A program made the position numbers and the translations under genes. The notes below the pieces were generated by a model. The model saw only the letters and a program-made list of their open reading frames with translations. It was not told the origin of the DNA and searched no databases. Below, piece after piece: positions 13,601 to 28,144 of a DNA stretch of 64,000 bases. The number at the start of each line of letters is the position of its first letter. Position 1 is the first letter of the stretch. This DNA is from Tricharina praecox (taxonomy: Eukaryota), in NCBI RefSeq assembly GCF_024521635.1, contig NW_026250418.1, positions 310,001-374,000 of the forward strand. Direction: 5' to 3'.

Positions 13601-16600
13601 GACTCTGGTGATGCCTGACCATCCATCACAGACCATCACTCGAAGTCCCCCCCTCGGACTAATCTCTCCACTTCCGAGTTCCGGAAACTTAAGCATGCCC
13701 CTCCCAATATGCCGCTCGCAGAGGATTTCATTACTTTTTGGCGGATTCAGCGGGATTTTCCTAATATTTTGAGAATTATCAGTACGAATTTTGATTAAGG
13801 TACGTCAGTAGCGTGCGTAATGTACTAGCTTTTCTTCTCCTTCTTCCGCTTCCGCTTGCTGCGTATGAAAGAATACATCTAACAGCTAACAGCTTTCGAA
13901 GAAAATTAAGGTGCTGTTACTATCAGGCTGCATACGCCTTTCAACTTTCGAGATGAGATCTCTGGGAATATCATCAGACGATCTTAATCTTGTGATCATC
14001 ATCTCCTGGCATATATTATACCTTCTCATAACGCCAAAAGGTCTCTCCTTTGCTCTCCAATTCACCTGCAGAAATTGATGGTCATGTAAGTATCGTCCTT
14101 CCGTCTCACAAAATAAATCGGACCATCTGAACGATACGGATGAATGTTTAATTTTCGGCCACGCGAGACTGCTCTCTCTCTCCCGTCTATGACCATCGAA
14201 TATTGTTGAATGTAGTGCCGAGCACAGCATTGTCAGATTTTCTTCAACCCCCGTGCTCGAGCAAGAGCACCCAAGACATAACTGCATCTCCGGGCTATCG
14301 GATTATTCACGCTATTCTTCGACTACGGACCCACCACGCCAGTCCTCAGCGTTGCAGTATGGAAGTGGCAGGTAAGCATTACGTTCACTGCTACTGCACT
14401 GCTGCTGGTATTTAGCCAAAGAACAATTCGAAAAGACAAACACCGGCACAGCTGTCACCGCCATTTCGAGTCTGCTGCAGCCAACCATAGGCTTCTAGAA
14501 GCGAGTCGAGTCGTCAGCTCCCAAACCGTGTTTCCCAAAGGGGGCATATCTAGAGACCATCCAACACCGGCTGAAAATTTTGGGACCGATGATGTTGTAT
14601 GGTCCATGTATGTATGCACCTGTAGGTGATATGACTATCTTTGCTCCTCTTTGCTCCAAGCGTTACTAACTGATCGGTGGTATCGATAGGCTGAGAGGGA
14701 GCGAAGCGAAGGAAGGATGCATTTGTTTTCGCATGGACAGGCCATGGTGCTTCGAACGCATCGTCATCACAACACCCGTGCTACCTAATTGGATCCTCGT
14801 CAGTGCGTGGACGGCGATGATAGACTGTACGCGAATGGTTTGGTCGATACCTAATTCCTGACGGATGGACAGCCCATCAAGAGGGCCATTCAATAACCGA
14901 ACAATGATGGATTTTCCTGATGGATGCAGCCAGCGAGTGGTGAGCATCACGGGCCGCACACCAGAGGGAATACATACTGCACAGACCACGTCCAGACTGT
15001 GCATTTGAAATTCAAGTGCATACTGTACGTACTATCCACCGTGACCTAAGCTAACGTCGACGAAACAGTCACTCGACCCCGCCCCCTACCCACTTTACCT
15101 CACAACCCCTCACTCTCGCTTACCACCCACCAAAAAATCACATTACTACTATCCGTCAGGTTGCCGCATGCATATCGTTTCCCGTGACCGAGATGTATGT
15201 ATGTGGTACCGGAGGTGGGCGCTGGCTTGCATATCTGTGCTATCTGATGGGACGCAAGCGGGGAAGGGGTGATTCATTTGGAAGAAACTACCGCTCGGGC
15301 GGTATCAAAGCGACGGCCTGGCTGGGGAATTCCTTCATCGCAATCATCAGGTTGATCAAGATCCACTTCGCACATATTGAGGGGCTTGGATTGATGGACT
15401 GATGGATGGGTGGGATTGACCGACGGTGGATGGATGGATGGAGGGACGTGCCTGGAGTTGGGTTCCGAATCCGCCTACCTATGGGTTCTACGAACTGGAT
15501 AATGGCCATGGATCGGTATGGATGGGATAGGAAAGGACAGCCTTGAGCCCGCGATTGGACTGGATGAAAGCTTTCCGAGGGGAAAGGGCGGAGTGGGGGA
15601 GGGGGAGGATTGCCGTGCTGTCTCGTTTCACTTGTCACTGGTATCGCCACTGTCGGCTCGTTTTCGTCACCCGCAGCTCGCAACCCCCTCCTCTCAGCTC
15701 ATTGGGTGATGCTGGAAGGTTATACATGCTCCAGGCAGACACGCATACATACAGACACACCCACACAGAAATCGTCAGGCCCGTTACTTGCACGCAGTCA
15801 TTCGTGCGTTTCCGGCTTCCGGCCTCGGTTTCTGGGGACTTGGAAAAGGAGGAGGAGGAAGAGGGGCTTTGAAATTCTGGGGCGAGCGAGGAAGAGGAGC
15901 AGCAGAATTTGGCCAGGAATGGTGGGCGAAAGACGAGGAAGCAATGGCCCCAGGTGCTATCCTAAACCTGCAGGAGGAGAACAACACCAGCCAGAAGAAC
16001 AGCTCATCAATATCGGGCGTCGAAATCGTTGGTCGATGCCCCCCTTCCCCCCTCTTCCCTCCAGCACCTTCCACTCACCGTCACGCTCGGCCGTGGATCG
16101 ACGGACGAGAGGAAGGTGGTAAAGCAGCACTAAGGAGGCAGACTTCTCTCCTGCTTTTCCTTCGTATGGCTTCTGCAGGAACAAACGGCCTTTCCTTTGC
16201 GTCGGGACTACTATACTGTACGATGATTTTACCCTTCTGCCAGCTCGCACGAGCTCAGTGGGGATGGAAAGCGACAGAGGGGGAGGAGGGGGGGAAGGAA
16301 AAGCGAAAACTTTGATCATACCGAGAATCCTCTGACACACAGGTAGGCTACCTTCGCCACCGTACTTTCGACTTTTTCTCGCTACAGCACAGATGGCAAG
16401 TCAGTAAGTAGATTGAACAACGCAGCTCCCGGCCTAGAATACAGCCCCACCCCTCCACTCGCCCCGTTTTCCGGACGAACCAGAGATGGAAAGAGGCCAC
16501 TGCTGAGGGACGGGATGGAGGCAGGCCTTCCTTCCTGTGTGCCCCGAACCAATTGTACCGTATGTGCTTGACCAGCTGCCTCCCTTCCCTGGTTCCTCAC

Positions 16601-18149
16601 GCATACGAACAATTGCAATCGAAGGCACCCGCCGTACCACCGCACCACCGCGAATGTACACCGCAGCTCGCAAGCCGCTAGGGATATTTCCAAGTGCCGC
16701 ATGGAGGACATGGATAAGGGCAGTGCCAGCAAGCAAGCAAGCACACACGAACGACCCGGCCTGGTTCCCACGGACGGTCTCACATGAGACTGCGAGGTTG
16801 AGCCAGGGAGGTGACGGAGTGGAAACAGCACTGCTGCAGTGTACGCAACCCTGGAGGGGAGGGGAAGGGGAATCCGATCACCACCTTGCTCGATCCTGCA
16901 GATACCCACCACCGCATCTCACCAGCAATCACGACGTCGAACAACTACCCCCCTGACGGCACTGGATGGATGGATTGCGTGTAGCTTTACCTCCACAACA
17001 CCGCCCCAAAGGTGACATTCACTCATTCATGCACGCACTCACACACACACACAAACTCTCTCTCACACACACACATTCACACACGCACTGGCACACACCC
17101 AAAGCACATTTTTTCTTCTCCTTCTATTCTTCGCCGTCGTATTCACTCCGTTTTCTCTCTTCGCTGCCAGAGTCGTGCTAGCCCTGAGGTGTCTCTGATT
17201 CGAGTGGAAACCCCGCCCGCTCCTCCGCCACGGACAACACATCACGACACATCACATCACATCACATCCGGTCCAGTGACTGACTGGATCAGTCCATTCG
17301 ACATCGTCACTTCTGTTCACTCCCCCATCCAAAAATAAGGCCAACCGCCACTGCACTGGACGGCGCTCACCCCCCTCCCCCCCTCTCCCCCGGTGGCCAC
17401 AGCAGCAGCAGCAACACGGATAATGGAAATCCTCTACTGCCACCTCGAGCCAGCAGAAATTTTGATTCGAGGCCTTCATGCGTTCAGTTCTCTCCAGCCG
17501 ATTCCGTGGCGGCAGCAGCGGGCGGGGTTAGGATGTGTCCAGCCAGGCCAGGGCTACATAGGTAGCAATCTAAGCTGCACGTACGCTGCACGCACACCTA
17601 TATGCCAGCCCTAGGAACCAAGAAAGTAACCTGGCCAGGTAAGCAGGCAGGCCGGAGAATCGAAGAAGAAAAGTAGGTACGAGCTACGGTACGCACGGGC
17701 ATATCGATTGATCCAAGCAAGGGAAACTGAGAGACAATGAACGGGGGGAAAAGAAAGAAAAAACAATAGCAACAGCACAGCACAGCACAGAGCAGCACTC
17801 AGCATGGGCTTCTAGAAGGATGGGATGAGAGTAAGAGTAAGCGGGTAGAGGTGAGCTAGAAGACGAGGCGGGTACATACCTACGTATCAAGAAGGAGGAG
17901 GGACACAAATCGCTTTGCTTTGCTTTCACGAAAGGAATGGGAGGGCAGGAGCACTGTACCGCTGCCAAAACGGAAGACGGAACATCATATTACGCCCAGG
18001 TGGAACACACATAGGAGTGTTGCCTGGCCTAGCTGGCTAGCTGGCTGGTGTCGTTAACCGGTCCGTAGATAGATTGCGCAACTGTACTAACGTCGTGCGC
18101 ACTTTTTGTTTCGACTATCTATCTCTCTCTCGTATACTTACCCAAGTCG

Positions 18150-18260
18150 ACCTACCTACCTACCTACATACATACCTACCTACCTACCTACCTGCCATCG
18201 CATCCATCCGTCCATCCACCCATCCACCCCATCCATCCATCCATCCATCCATCCATCCCA
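18150..18260. repeat. Compound microsatellite (CCTA)n-(CCAT)n, one of many SSRs in 15-22 kb
   Basis: Directly visible tetranucleotide arrays; similar (GGAT)n, (CAGA)n, (CTTA)n and poly-C/G tracts occur throughout 15000-22700. Confidence 0.9.
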
Positions 18261-21200
18261 TCACGGTAATCGGTGTATAGACTATAGTAAATCTACATAC
18301 TCCGCCCCGGACCTGCCCCGCCCCCCTGTGCGTCTGGGGGGGGGGGGGTGGCTTGATGTATGGAATGGACGTTTCTAGCGTCTGAATCACAGGACCGAAG
18401 GGAAGGAAGCAGAGCCAGACGATCTGATCCAGCACGTATGAGGTCGGGGGAAGGGCACGAATATGGAGGGGGACGGGGGTGGAGGGGCGAGGGCAAAGAT
18501 GGTGGGGGGGAGGGGGGAGGGAAGGGGAAACCAGGACGCAGGACGAGCTTGCTATGCGTAAGTGAGTGTGAGTGAGTGATGTGTCCCTCCCTCCCTCCCT
18601 CCCTCCCTCCCTTCTCCCTTCTCCCACCTCGGACCGGACGGACTTACCCACTATCTCTCTTGGGGGGATCCGACGAGTGCTTCCTGCTTCGGCGATTGAG
18701 CCAGGGTTTGAGCGAGGGAGGAATGAATGAGTGAGTGTCGCCCGGTCGGTTGTTCGTTCGTGGCAAAGCAGAAGCAGAAGCAGAAGCATGTACTCCTGAT
18801 CACGAGGAAGCTTGGGCCAGAGCAGGCCTCCCTGGAATGCATGTATGTGTGTAGTTACCGGCGGCTTTATGGGCTGGATGGATGGATGGATTGCTGGCGG
18901 GATTGGTGCGAGGGTGGAGGGTGGTGGTTGAAGGGTGTTGGTGGTGGACCGTGGTGGTCGATTGATTTGTTTGCTGTACAATACTTACTTACTTACTTAC
19001 TTACTTACATGGAGACATGGGGGATGTGGAGGGGTGGAGTGGAGGGGTACGGGGGGAGGTCAAGGGGACGGGGGAGATGTGCGGCCGGGGGTTGCTACTA
19101 CTACTGCTAACTAACTGCTAGCTAGGCATATCACTACTACCAGGCATATCAGACCGATCCTCACGACTCACGACGACTTGGAGGTACTGAGCATGAACGA
19201 GTGAGTGAGCCATGCCATGGCAGCTTCTTCCTTCTTTTTTTTTTCTTCGCTTCCTTCAGGCTTCGGGGGGTTCCTGGTACCTACAGGATGATGGATGGAT
19301 TGAAGCATGGCGATTGTCCATGGGAGGGAAGGATTGATGGATGGATGGATGGATGGATGGATGGATGGGCGAAACAGGCAACAAGCAAGGTATACATCGC
19401 ATTGGCGGAGTGGAGCGGGAAAAACAAAAACAAAAAACAAAAACAAAAAAACCAAGGGCAAGAAAGAAGAGGGGGAAATAGAGAGAAGGGACAAGAGAAC
19501 CTTCGTCTTGTCTTGTTCCGAAGAAGGAAAGAACGGACGAAGTGACAACACAGACAGACAGACAGACCGAAAATCCAACAGCCTTGCGCATCCAGGACTC
19601 CGGCCAGCCAAGGACCAGTATGTATGTAGTACACTTCGGCTTCCCTTCTTCTTCCTCCCATAATTGTTACCCATCTTTGCTGGAGCCAATCCAGGCAGGC
19701 AGGCACGAGTTAAAAAAAATAGTAACCGAAGGAAGGGGGAAAAAGAAAAGGGAGGCCATCCATCATCTTTGCGCATGAATCTCAGCCAGAATCCAGAAGC
19801 GAGCGAGCTGGGTGGGAAGGGGAAGGGGAATCCGCCCGTTCCGTCCGTCAACGTTCCTTCGTTCGTTTGTACCCTTTGGCGGGAACTATACTTGCGGTTG
19901 ACTTGGACTCGAACCTGACTTGACAGAGCAACAGGGCAGGGAAGGCCGCGGTGGTGTTTTTGTTTTTTTTATTACCAGATCTGTCATATTTGTTAGCATA
20001 TAGTAGTTGTACTAGTACTGCTTGTTATTTGTTACCAGCTGCAGGTTGTACGCACATATGTAGGTTGGTAGGTCGGTACCTTGTAGTCAATTAGTTAGTT
20101 AGTTACTCACTAGTAGTTAGTCCTGGCCAGCCACGCCGCCCAACGACGACGAGCCTCGATACCTGCCTCGATACCTGGCAGGGGAGTCTATGATTTACAG
20201 CCCAGAGAACGAAGTAAAACCCCCGCCCTGTCGGTTGACGGGGCGCACATGGACGATTTACGGGCGGGCAAAAAGCAATGGGGCGGCCGACTGACTGGCG
20301 TCGGACTGACCGACTGACCGACTGCTAGACGGACTGGCAGACGGACGGAGGCGAAAGCAGTGGCGGGTACTACGCATACATACGCAAGTACGCAAATACT
20401 CTACGTACTTCTGAAACACCGCCGCTGGCGGCCGTGCGTGCGTTCGTGCGTGCTGTGCAAAGAGCTATAGTTACCGGATTGCCGTAATAAAGCAGTGCAT
20501 TCACGAGAGATCTAGAGAGTGACGGGCCATAGTAAAAACAAACAAACAAACCCGGGTGTCACTGTCGTCAATGATCAATCCTGTGTGTGATGGGATGGGG
20601 CAGAGATGGCGGATGGGATAGGATATGAAGCGCCAATGTCAAAAACATGTGCAGTCGACTTTCGTGGTTATGACATGGGAATTAAACAACTACACTCAAT
20701 CAAAGTTCAATGACATTCATATATCTCGGTGAAACCAATCTCTCCTCGGCCTAATGCCCATAGTACTCTTAATATATTGTATCTGGCTGTCTGTCTGTGT
20801 GTACGTCTATGTATGTACGAGCTGGATGGTTGTCAAACTCGATGGCAAAAAGGCTACCATCACCACCATCACCATCGCCGCTAGCCATCGTCATCAATCC
20901 ATCCATCCAACGTCAACCAGAGTCCGAGGCTGTGGCTGTGGCAGCCCACGCTCAACCCACACTCCCGTCTCGTATTCTACGAGCCTGTAACCGTCCAGCC
21001 ATCTCCCACAATGCAGCTCAGGTCCCCCCATCACCACCACCATCACCGAGCTTGTCACGTCCAAAATAAAGTCTACCTTGCTTCTGCTGCTGTTGCCGCT
21101 GCTGCTGCTGCCTATTAGTATTTCCATCCGTTTGTCGATACCCACGGACCAAGCTCCACAAGCTCCACAAGCCCACAAGCCCACAAGCTCCACAAGCTCC

Positions 21201-23743
21201 ATTCCTTCCAGCAGCAGCAGCACTCTATCCAGTATCTGCCGTGGAACAACCCACTGTCTGTCTGCCTGCCTGCTTGCGTATCTCTCTCTCTCCCGTGAGC
21301 AAAAACTGCGTGCATGTGCAACTGCTTCCACTCGCCCCCGGTCAATTGGACACGAACGGCAATTCGTCATGTGCTTTTGGCGAGAGCCAGTTCGAACCGC
21401 ATAATGCCGTTGACGTTGGGGAACCCCAACCCGTGTTGTCTTGTCTTGTCATCAGGAACGCCAATAACAGTATGGTCAGCCATGCTGAACACATTGGATA
21501 GACCGCAGAGCGCATTGTGCCCCCCCCCCCCCCCCCCCCCCCCCGAATTTCGCCCTCAAGCCGGAACAAGAAGCAAAAGGAGCATTCTCTTCGCCACCCG
21601 TGTAGGGGGGGAAGGGAAGGGAGACAAGAACGCATTGATGGTCACCACCACCAAAGGCATTGGTACACCACTTCAACCGGCGGTCAATCTCTCCTGCAGG
21701 AAGCAGTAGTCCCTGGATCAACGCCTAAAGCTCGCCGGCCAGCAAGCCTGATCGCTGACATGACCATGAACTGATGTGCCCCATCCTTCGATCTTGATGT
21801 TGAACAGAGACCCTACCTTCATATCAGCAACAGTAAAAGTAAACCCCCCTCCCCGTTCAACAAAGCAAAGAAACAAAACCCGATGGCTGGCCACTCCCGG
21901 GCCCACAACCAATTTCTGAAACAGATTGAGTATGATCCTTCCTTTTCCATGACGTGGCAAACGTGGTGTGGAGGAGGATAAACTTTCCCCTAGCGCTCGC
22001 TCGTTTACACAAGCGGAGGAAGAGGTGGTGATGCCTGCGGATGCCAGGATGGATGGCTCAAGATGATGAGCAGACGTGCCTGCACAGCAGATATCAAATT
22101 CATGCGTAGAAAGCCCTTATCTGCAATGGGTAGAGACAGGCAGCCGAAGAGGCAAAGTCTCCGAAGCTTGGGACTGGTAGGAAGACTACGCCCCTCCCCC
22201 GTCCCTCCCCTCGTAAACATGGAGGGATGCATGCCGATGACAATCAGCTGAACGCGTTGACACCCGAAACAAAAGGTGCGCCTTTTGTGGAAGCCAATCC
22301 GCGCTCTCTAACGTCCCGTTCCCAAGGTTTATCGCCGAGGCACCAATAGTCTTGTGACTGAATCTGCATAATGTATAACATCGTTCCAAGAATGTGGAGT
22401 GGATGAACACTGGGCAAGCCGAATAAACATGAAACGAAAACATCATGTGCAAACGCTCAATTCCACTGGCTCACTCTTCCGATCCCTCCAACGTGCAAGA
22501 TAGGACTTCCTCGGAAGCATGTTTGAGGAGGGACTGTGGGCTGAACTCCAAGAGGTGGGTGGGGGGGGGAGCGGAGGGACGGAGGGACCATCCAGGAGGC
22601 AAACGGGGCAAAAGTAGCCGGCCCCTGGGGGAGGGGAGGGGGGGTGTATGAGTAGGGGGTGTGCTGGTGAACGATGAGGGATTTCGACTGCGTTTTCCTT
22701 GATTTGTTTTGTTGGGTGTGCTGATTGGGAACATCGAGTATCCGATCGTCCTGGAGAGCAGACCATCCGGGGGTAAGAAGCCACGATTCATGCGGCTTGT
22801 GAAGACATCCCCTGGCCCTGACGGCGGGCCCCCCCATAATCCTTGAAACGATATCTCGTGCCATGGAGCAGACGGTAACCAGTGTTGAGCCCGAAATATC
22901 CACCACTGAGCAGGGCGCCCTCTCAATTCTCCACACAGGCCATGCAGCCCCGTCCCGTCCATCACACACACGTGATAATAAAACTAGCACTCAATATATC
23001 AGCTCCTGCAAGTAAATTTGTGCCTGCAGGGGGGTAAATCGGGTCAGGAAACTCACAACACCACCCCATATCAAGGAGTGTCCGTGCGAGTGAGACAGTG
23101 TGAAAACCGTAACTGCCGCACCATGGTGGGGGTAAATGGCCTGAGATAGGGCGTAATGAACGCCATTATCGAATAGAAACGCCCTTCGATGTTTCCAAAG
23201 TTGAGCAATGGGAAACGCCGGTGGGACCACTGGGTCCGGAGGAGGTGGAGGGGGGTGGGGAGGGAGGGAGGGGGTGTGTGAAGCGGACAGGGATGGAAGG
23301 CCAGCATAGACGAAGATCGTTGTCGGATTGTGCCTCGACTCTGCTTCATCGAGGTGTGTTGTCCGTGGCGGGAAAGGGGGGAGGGGTGGGTGGACTCGAT
23401 GAGGGCGTTCGCGGTCAGGCTAACTTCCTCGGAACTGGTCAACTCAATTCCCGCAATGTGTATCAAACTTCAGCCGAACAGAGGCAACATACCCATTGAA
23501 CACTCACGGTCAGAAAACATAAATACCCCCTCCGGTTTCCTGCTCAATTGCTCCCCACCAAGCGCCTCTCCCGAGCACCCGGACAAGAGTCAATTCAATC
23601 CCTCTGAAAGCATTACCTCATACACTTCTTGCTTCTCCTACCGCTGTTAGCATCCCCGCTCATAGCCCGCCACCTCCATCCTCTTCCCTCCATATCCTTC
23701 ACAGAAGATCAATCGACCAACCCCTCGAAACATCAATCCAAAC

Positions 23744-24073
23744 ATGTGTTTCTACGATCAGCAAATCTTCACGTGCGGCGACCACAAGTGGGGGCGCTTC
23801 CGTGCCCACTGCAACAAGGAGTACCGAACCGGCGAGACCTGCGGTATGAAGCTCATCTTCGAAGCTTCCCGAGTCGGAACCAAATGTCAGATGTGCAAGA
23901 AGCACGAGGTCATCTGGCGCAAGATCGCGCAAGCCCACGAGCGCGTGAAACGTTGGGAATCCGAGGGGATCAACCCCGTCTCGACCGACAAGGAGTGGGA
24001 CAACATTGCCCAATGGCAGCGGGAGCTGCAGGACATCAACATGATGCGGCACACCAAGATGCGATCTATCTGA
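23744..24073 (+). CDS. Small conserved Cys-rich fungal protein of unknown function (109 aa, intronless)
   Basis: MCFYDQQIFTCGDHKWGRFRAHCNKEYRTGETCGMKL...KCQMCKK followed by a helical/coiled-coil tail. Strong C/G-ending codon bias, AAACATG start context, TATA-like CATAAATA at ~23518 and a CT-rich leader. Motif recalled from Pezizomycotina hypothetical proteins. Confidence 0.88.
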   Translation: MCFYDQQIFTCGDHKWGRFRAHCNKEYRTGETCGMKLIFEASRVGTKCQMCKKHEVIWRKIAQAHERVKRWESEGINPVSTDKEWDNIAQWQRELQDINMMRHTKMRSI

Positions 24074-27000
24074 TCGGATGTTTCGGCGTTTTTGTTTCAA
24101 GGAGTTCTTTTGTTTTTTTAAAAGCGTTAATTGGTGACGCTTTGTTTCCTGTCTTTCGTTTGAGCCAGCATATTTTGTCTTTCCTTTCGGTTGTGCGGGG
24201 TTGCGGGCGATGGTTATCGGTAGCCGGGCGGTTCGGTAGTGGGGGTTAACGTTCGAGGTCGGGTTCGGGATACGCCGAGTGAGCGCGTGTTGAGGCCAGT
24301 CCGGGAAGTTATGTTCATCTTTTTTTTTCTATAAATTCTTTTCGTTTCAGAGTTGGATAGGACATGGGAGGATGTGGAGGAATCATGAAGGAAACGGGCT
24401 GCTAATTGACGAATATCGTTTCGAAACGGCGTGGCGGCATATGTGTTTGGTGATATTTCGTGGCGCGTGCGTGGCTGGAGAGGTTCTAAAAATAGTAACC
24501 GAGCGACTCGCAAAACCGTTTTCTGCCTGAAGATACGGGCGCGATAATCTATGAGGAAAGATCAGTAGGAAAGACAAATTATTTGAGAAGGGAAACTTAA
24601 ACACCTCTGTTTTAAGAAACAATGGAAAAGATATAAGACGACCGATTTCTCAGTAGTGAAGCGGCATCGTCGTGATGATTGCCCACAGTCATGATTGGTC
24701 TCGGGGATTTTTGGAAGGAATGGAAAGTGCACATATTTGAAGCTGCCGACAAGCGGATGGGCAGTGGTAGAAGATCTCGCTGGTGAAGCGGACAGGAACG
24801 AGCAGACAGCACGGAGGAGAAGTAAGTGAGGAAGATGGAAAAGGGGACAGAGATGTTTTTTTCACGGCATGCCGTAGTTATGAGGAGGCAAAATCGACAA
24901 GAGCTTGGTCTCCCCTTGACCTTGCTGCTGCCCAGTTTATGCCTTCCTCCCTTCGCCGTGAAGTTGCATTGCTGTTGGTTGTGAATAGGCGCTTGAGGCT
25001 GATTGGGAAGTGTAGGGTAATCTCGGCGCCAACCATGGCCCAGTGCGCCGAAGCGAAAGACAGCCCCACGACGACGACAGCAAGAGACGATAGGGATTGA
25101 ACGAGAATCGTCGAGCGCGGACATGGAGCGGCAGTCGAATGCGAAGTGGCGGTCGGGTCGGTAGTCGTAGGGCGGGAGGGTGGTGGAGTCGAGGGTGGAG
25201 GCCGGAATGATGTAGGAAGCGGAGGTGGAGGTGGTCGGGCGGGGTCGAGGGACGCATGGCGCTGGAAACTGCAGCTGCACGGATCAACACCCGAAATCTT
25301 GCCAAAGAAAACCAACATCAATCAGAGAAAAGCGAAGTTTCGCCGGCAGCATCAACTCACTTATATAAACCTGCGCGCTGACAGACGCTGTGACTGTTGA
25401 CAACTCGGTGGTGCCTTGCTGTAGAGACAAACGTGTTCGCTCCAAGCATAGAGTACGCATGAACAACGTACAGATTCTTCGAGCGCTGAAGTCCAATCCT
25501 TTGGATTTTGTGGAAATCCACGTGGGAACCTCTTGCCGAATTCTGAACAAGTACGACGATCAAGCTGTACGGATAATTGAATTTTCGCAGGCCTTCCTAT
25601 CTCGCGGTATTTGCAAATGCACGAGTTATTTCGGCGGGCCTGAGAAAAAGCGTTGTTGGACGCTGATTGGTTGGCAGACGGCGGTACCACTCCTGCAGAC
25701 AAGTGGTCAGTTGACGGAAAATAAAATACAATTTTGATACGAGTGCTTTGCGTAGGCAAGTAAGTGGTTTAGTATTTGGCTGCAACGGGAGAAAGGAATA
25801 CAAAACACCGCGGAACAAAAGTCCATTGCAGCTGCGTGTGGTGCGAAGTCTCTCACTGCGAGGTTTCTCTTCGTGAATCAACTGCCAGTGGATACGGGAC
25901 AAGTCATCGAAGCATGTGCATGATGCCGACGGCGTTGAACAGACGCACTTAACCATCACGAAGACACCCTGCTCGGTGAGAGCTTGTTCCTCTGCACTGT
26001 CTTGCTTTGGGAGAATGGAGCGCTGCAATTGGGGCAGTCATCATCTGTGAGAACTCCCGCCTTTTGATCAGTCACTCAGCATTATCTTCCGCATGCTCTG
26101 GATGCTTACTGCGGTATGTGTTCATGATGATATAGAGTGCATCCAAGGACACGCATGCTCGAGCGATGTGGCATCTGCAGCGGCCGCCAACGAGCAAGCA
26201 GTAGCTCCACACATTCACAGACTGATGTTCCCGGTTCGTCCCTCTCCCTAATCCCTATGAGCATTCATTCGAAGACCGATCGGATGCGTGAGCCACATAT
26301 TCGCCAGGACACAGTCTCCCTTTGCTTTGTTTTCCCGATGCCAACTCAAGGACGACCGTTTTATTTTATCAAAAAAAAAAACGCTTCTTTAAGATGCTGC
26401 TGTTGGTATTCGCCAAGGGCCGTCGCCGGCAACCCGAGACAAGTGGTAGCCCAATCGACCGATGGAGGCTCGAGGTATCACCGTACGGTGTGGAAGCGAT
26501 TCAAATGGTGCGCATTGAGAGGAAAACATGGCCCAAATAAAGATCAACCATCGAGTAAGAACACCGGACTTGATGTGGCGTGAAATGATGCAGTGCGCGA
26601 AATCTGATAAACTCGAGCGTCCCTCCATAATCGCATGCGTCGGTTCTCAATAACTGATTCATCGCTTTCCGCGCAGAGCCAGCGGGTGGTAGATAGAGTA
26701 AGGTGTTCGACACGGGCCTCTCTGCTAGGGCTTATTACCATTCGCCCCTCGTTCTTCTTCTTCCCCTTCTTCGACTTCTTCTTCTCTTCTTCTTCTCTCC
26801 GTTTCCATCAGCCTGTGATATCGGGCCCCTGCAGTTCCGAGAGCCGAGCTCCAAGTTCCAGTACGTTCGGTGCAGGAAATTGTGGGCGGCCAGTGCTGAT
26901 GTTCTAGCGTTGAAGCCAAACCAACAAAAGTAGTGAAGAGGCGAAAATGGTGTTGACGATGTCACGACCGCCATGGAGTCCAGTGCGGGAACTAGTGATC

Positions 27001-28144
27001 GTGCCTGAGTGCCAAGTCGGATTGCGACCGCCTACCGTGGTAGAACAACGATCCACTAGAGGAGTTTCGCAGGTCGTGAGGAATGGTTTGCGGGATCGTT
27101 TTAGGCTTAGATAGATAGATCTCATTTTGCGCCACTCTACATGTTACTAATTGCTTCATATGGATCTTTTGATCTGTCTGATTGAAGGTGCCGGCAAAAA
27201 GCTACGGTGCTATGTAGTAGACTTATGCGACAACGCTGTTCCGAGATTGTTCCCGTCGAAAAGGTCCGACGGCTCAGAGCACGGTCCTTGGACTCGGGTT
27301 AAGCTAGAGCCGAGCACGCAGGTCGGGAGGTCTGGAGTAACCATCTCAGAGTCCGGCTAGCCAGATTCAGGACCTTCCCGGCCGCTTGGAGTTGTCTTCC
27401 CCAGCAAGCTCCACCCACTCTGCTCTACGGTACGCTACAGACTTTCGGCTGCATGGGATCCGCTGCACGGTGTCGGCTGCGCTTGGCGCTTAACCCCTAT
27501 GTACGCGCCAAACTGACGGCCAATCCGAACACTGAAGGGCAGGACAACTCCCTACCTCTGTGTCTTTCGGAATGCACCGGCTAGCCGATGCTGGCGGTCA
27601 TATGAACAGAGAGTAAGGCATCGTGATGAAGCTACCCCTTACAATTCAACTTCATTATGTAGGACCTCAGACTTCCGACTCCGCGACTAATAAGCTTAAA
27701 TTGCGAGAAAAAACAAATTAAACCAACGCGGTTCAGGCCACTCGCCGTGCACTAGCGCCGTCTAGCGAGCTTCGCCCATGATCCCCCTTCACCCAATCGA
27801 GGGATTTTCCGTGGATGTAGGGCACTCTAATCGCCGTAGCTCCGTCATAGTGTCCCGGCCTGTTAACTTGGCGTTTCACTTCCGGCGAAAGCTCCAAGGA
27901 CTGGTTCCTGGGTCCGAGGTCGGCTCGGCTTAGCTGCTTTTCAGAAAGACTTCAAAAATCCCATGATTCCCCCTCTCCCTCCCATCGGTTTCCCCTCTGT
28001 CCTTAACATTCGTTCGCACCGACTTCAGACGCTCTTTCTTGACGATCGACCCCCATACACTGTACTGGCTACATATAACGCATCAGTCTAATCATTAATA
28101 ACCGACCAACTCGATATACGATCCATCCGCACACATCCAGCATC

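Noticed and set aside
15000..23500. ORFs up to 265 aa (e.g. 18184-18981, 19168-19851)
   Set aside because: Translations of microsatellites (HPSI, GWMD, TYLP repeats); not credible proteins
24612..27360. Several 100-220 aa ORFs on both strands
   Set aside because: No motif, splice structure or codon bias that I could support
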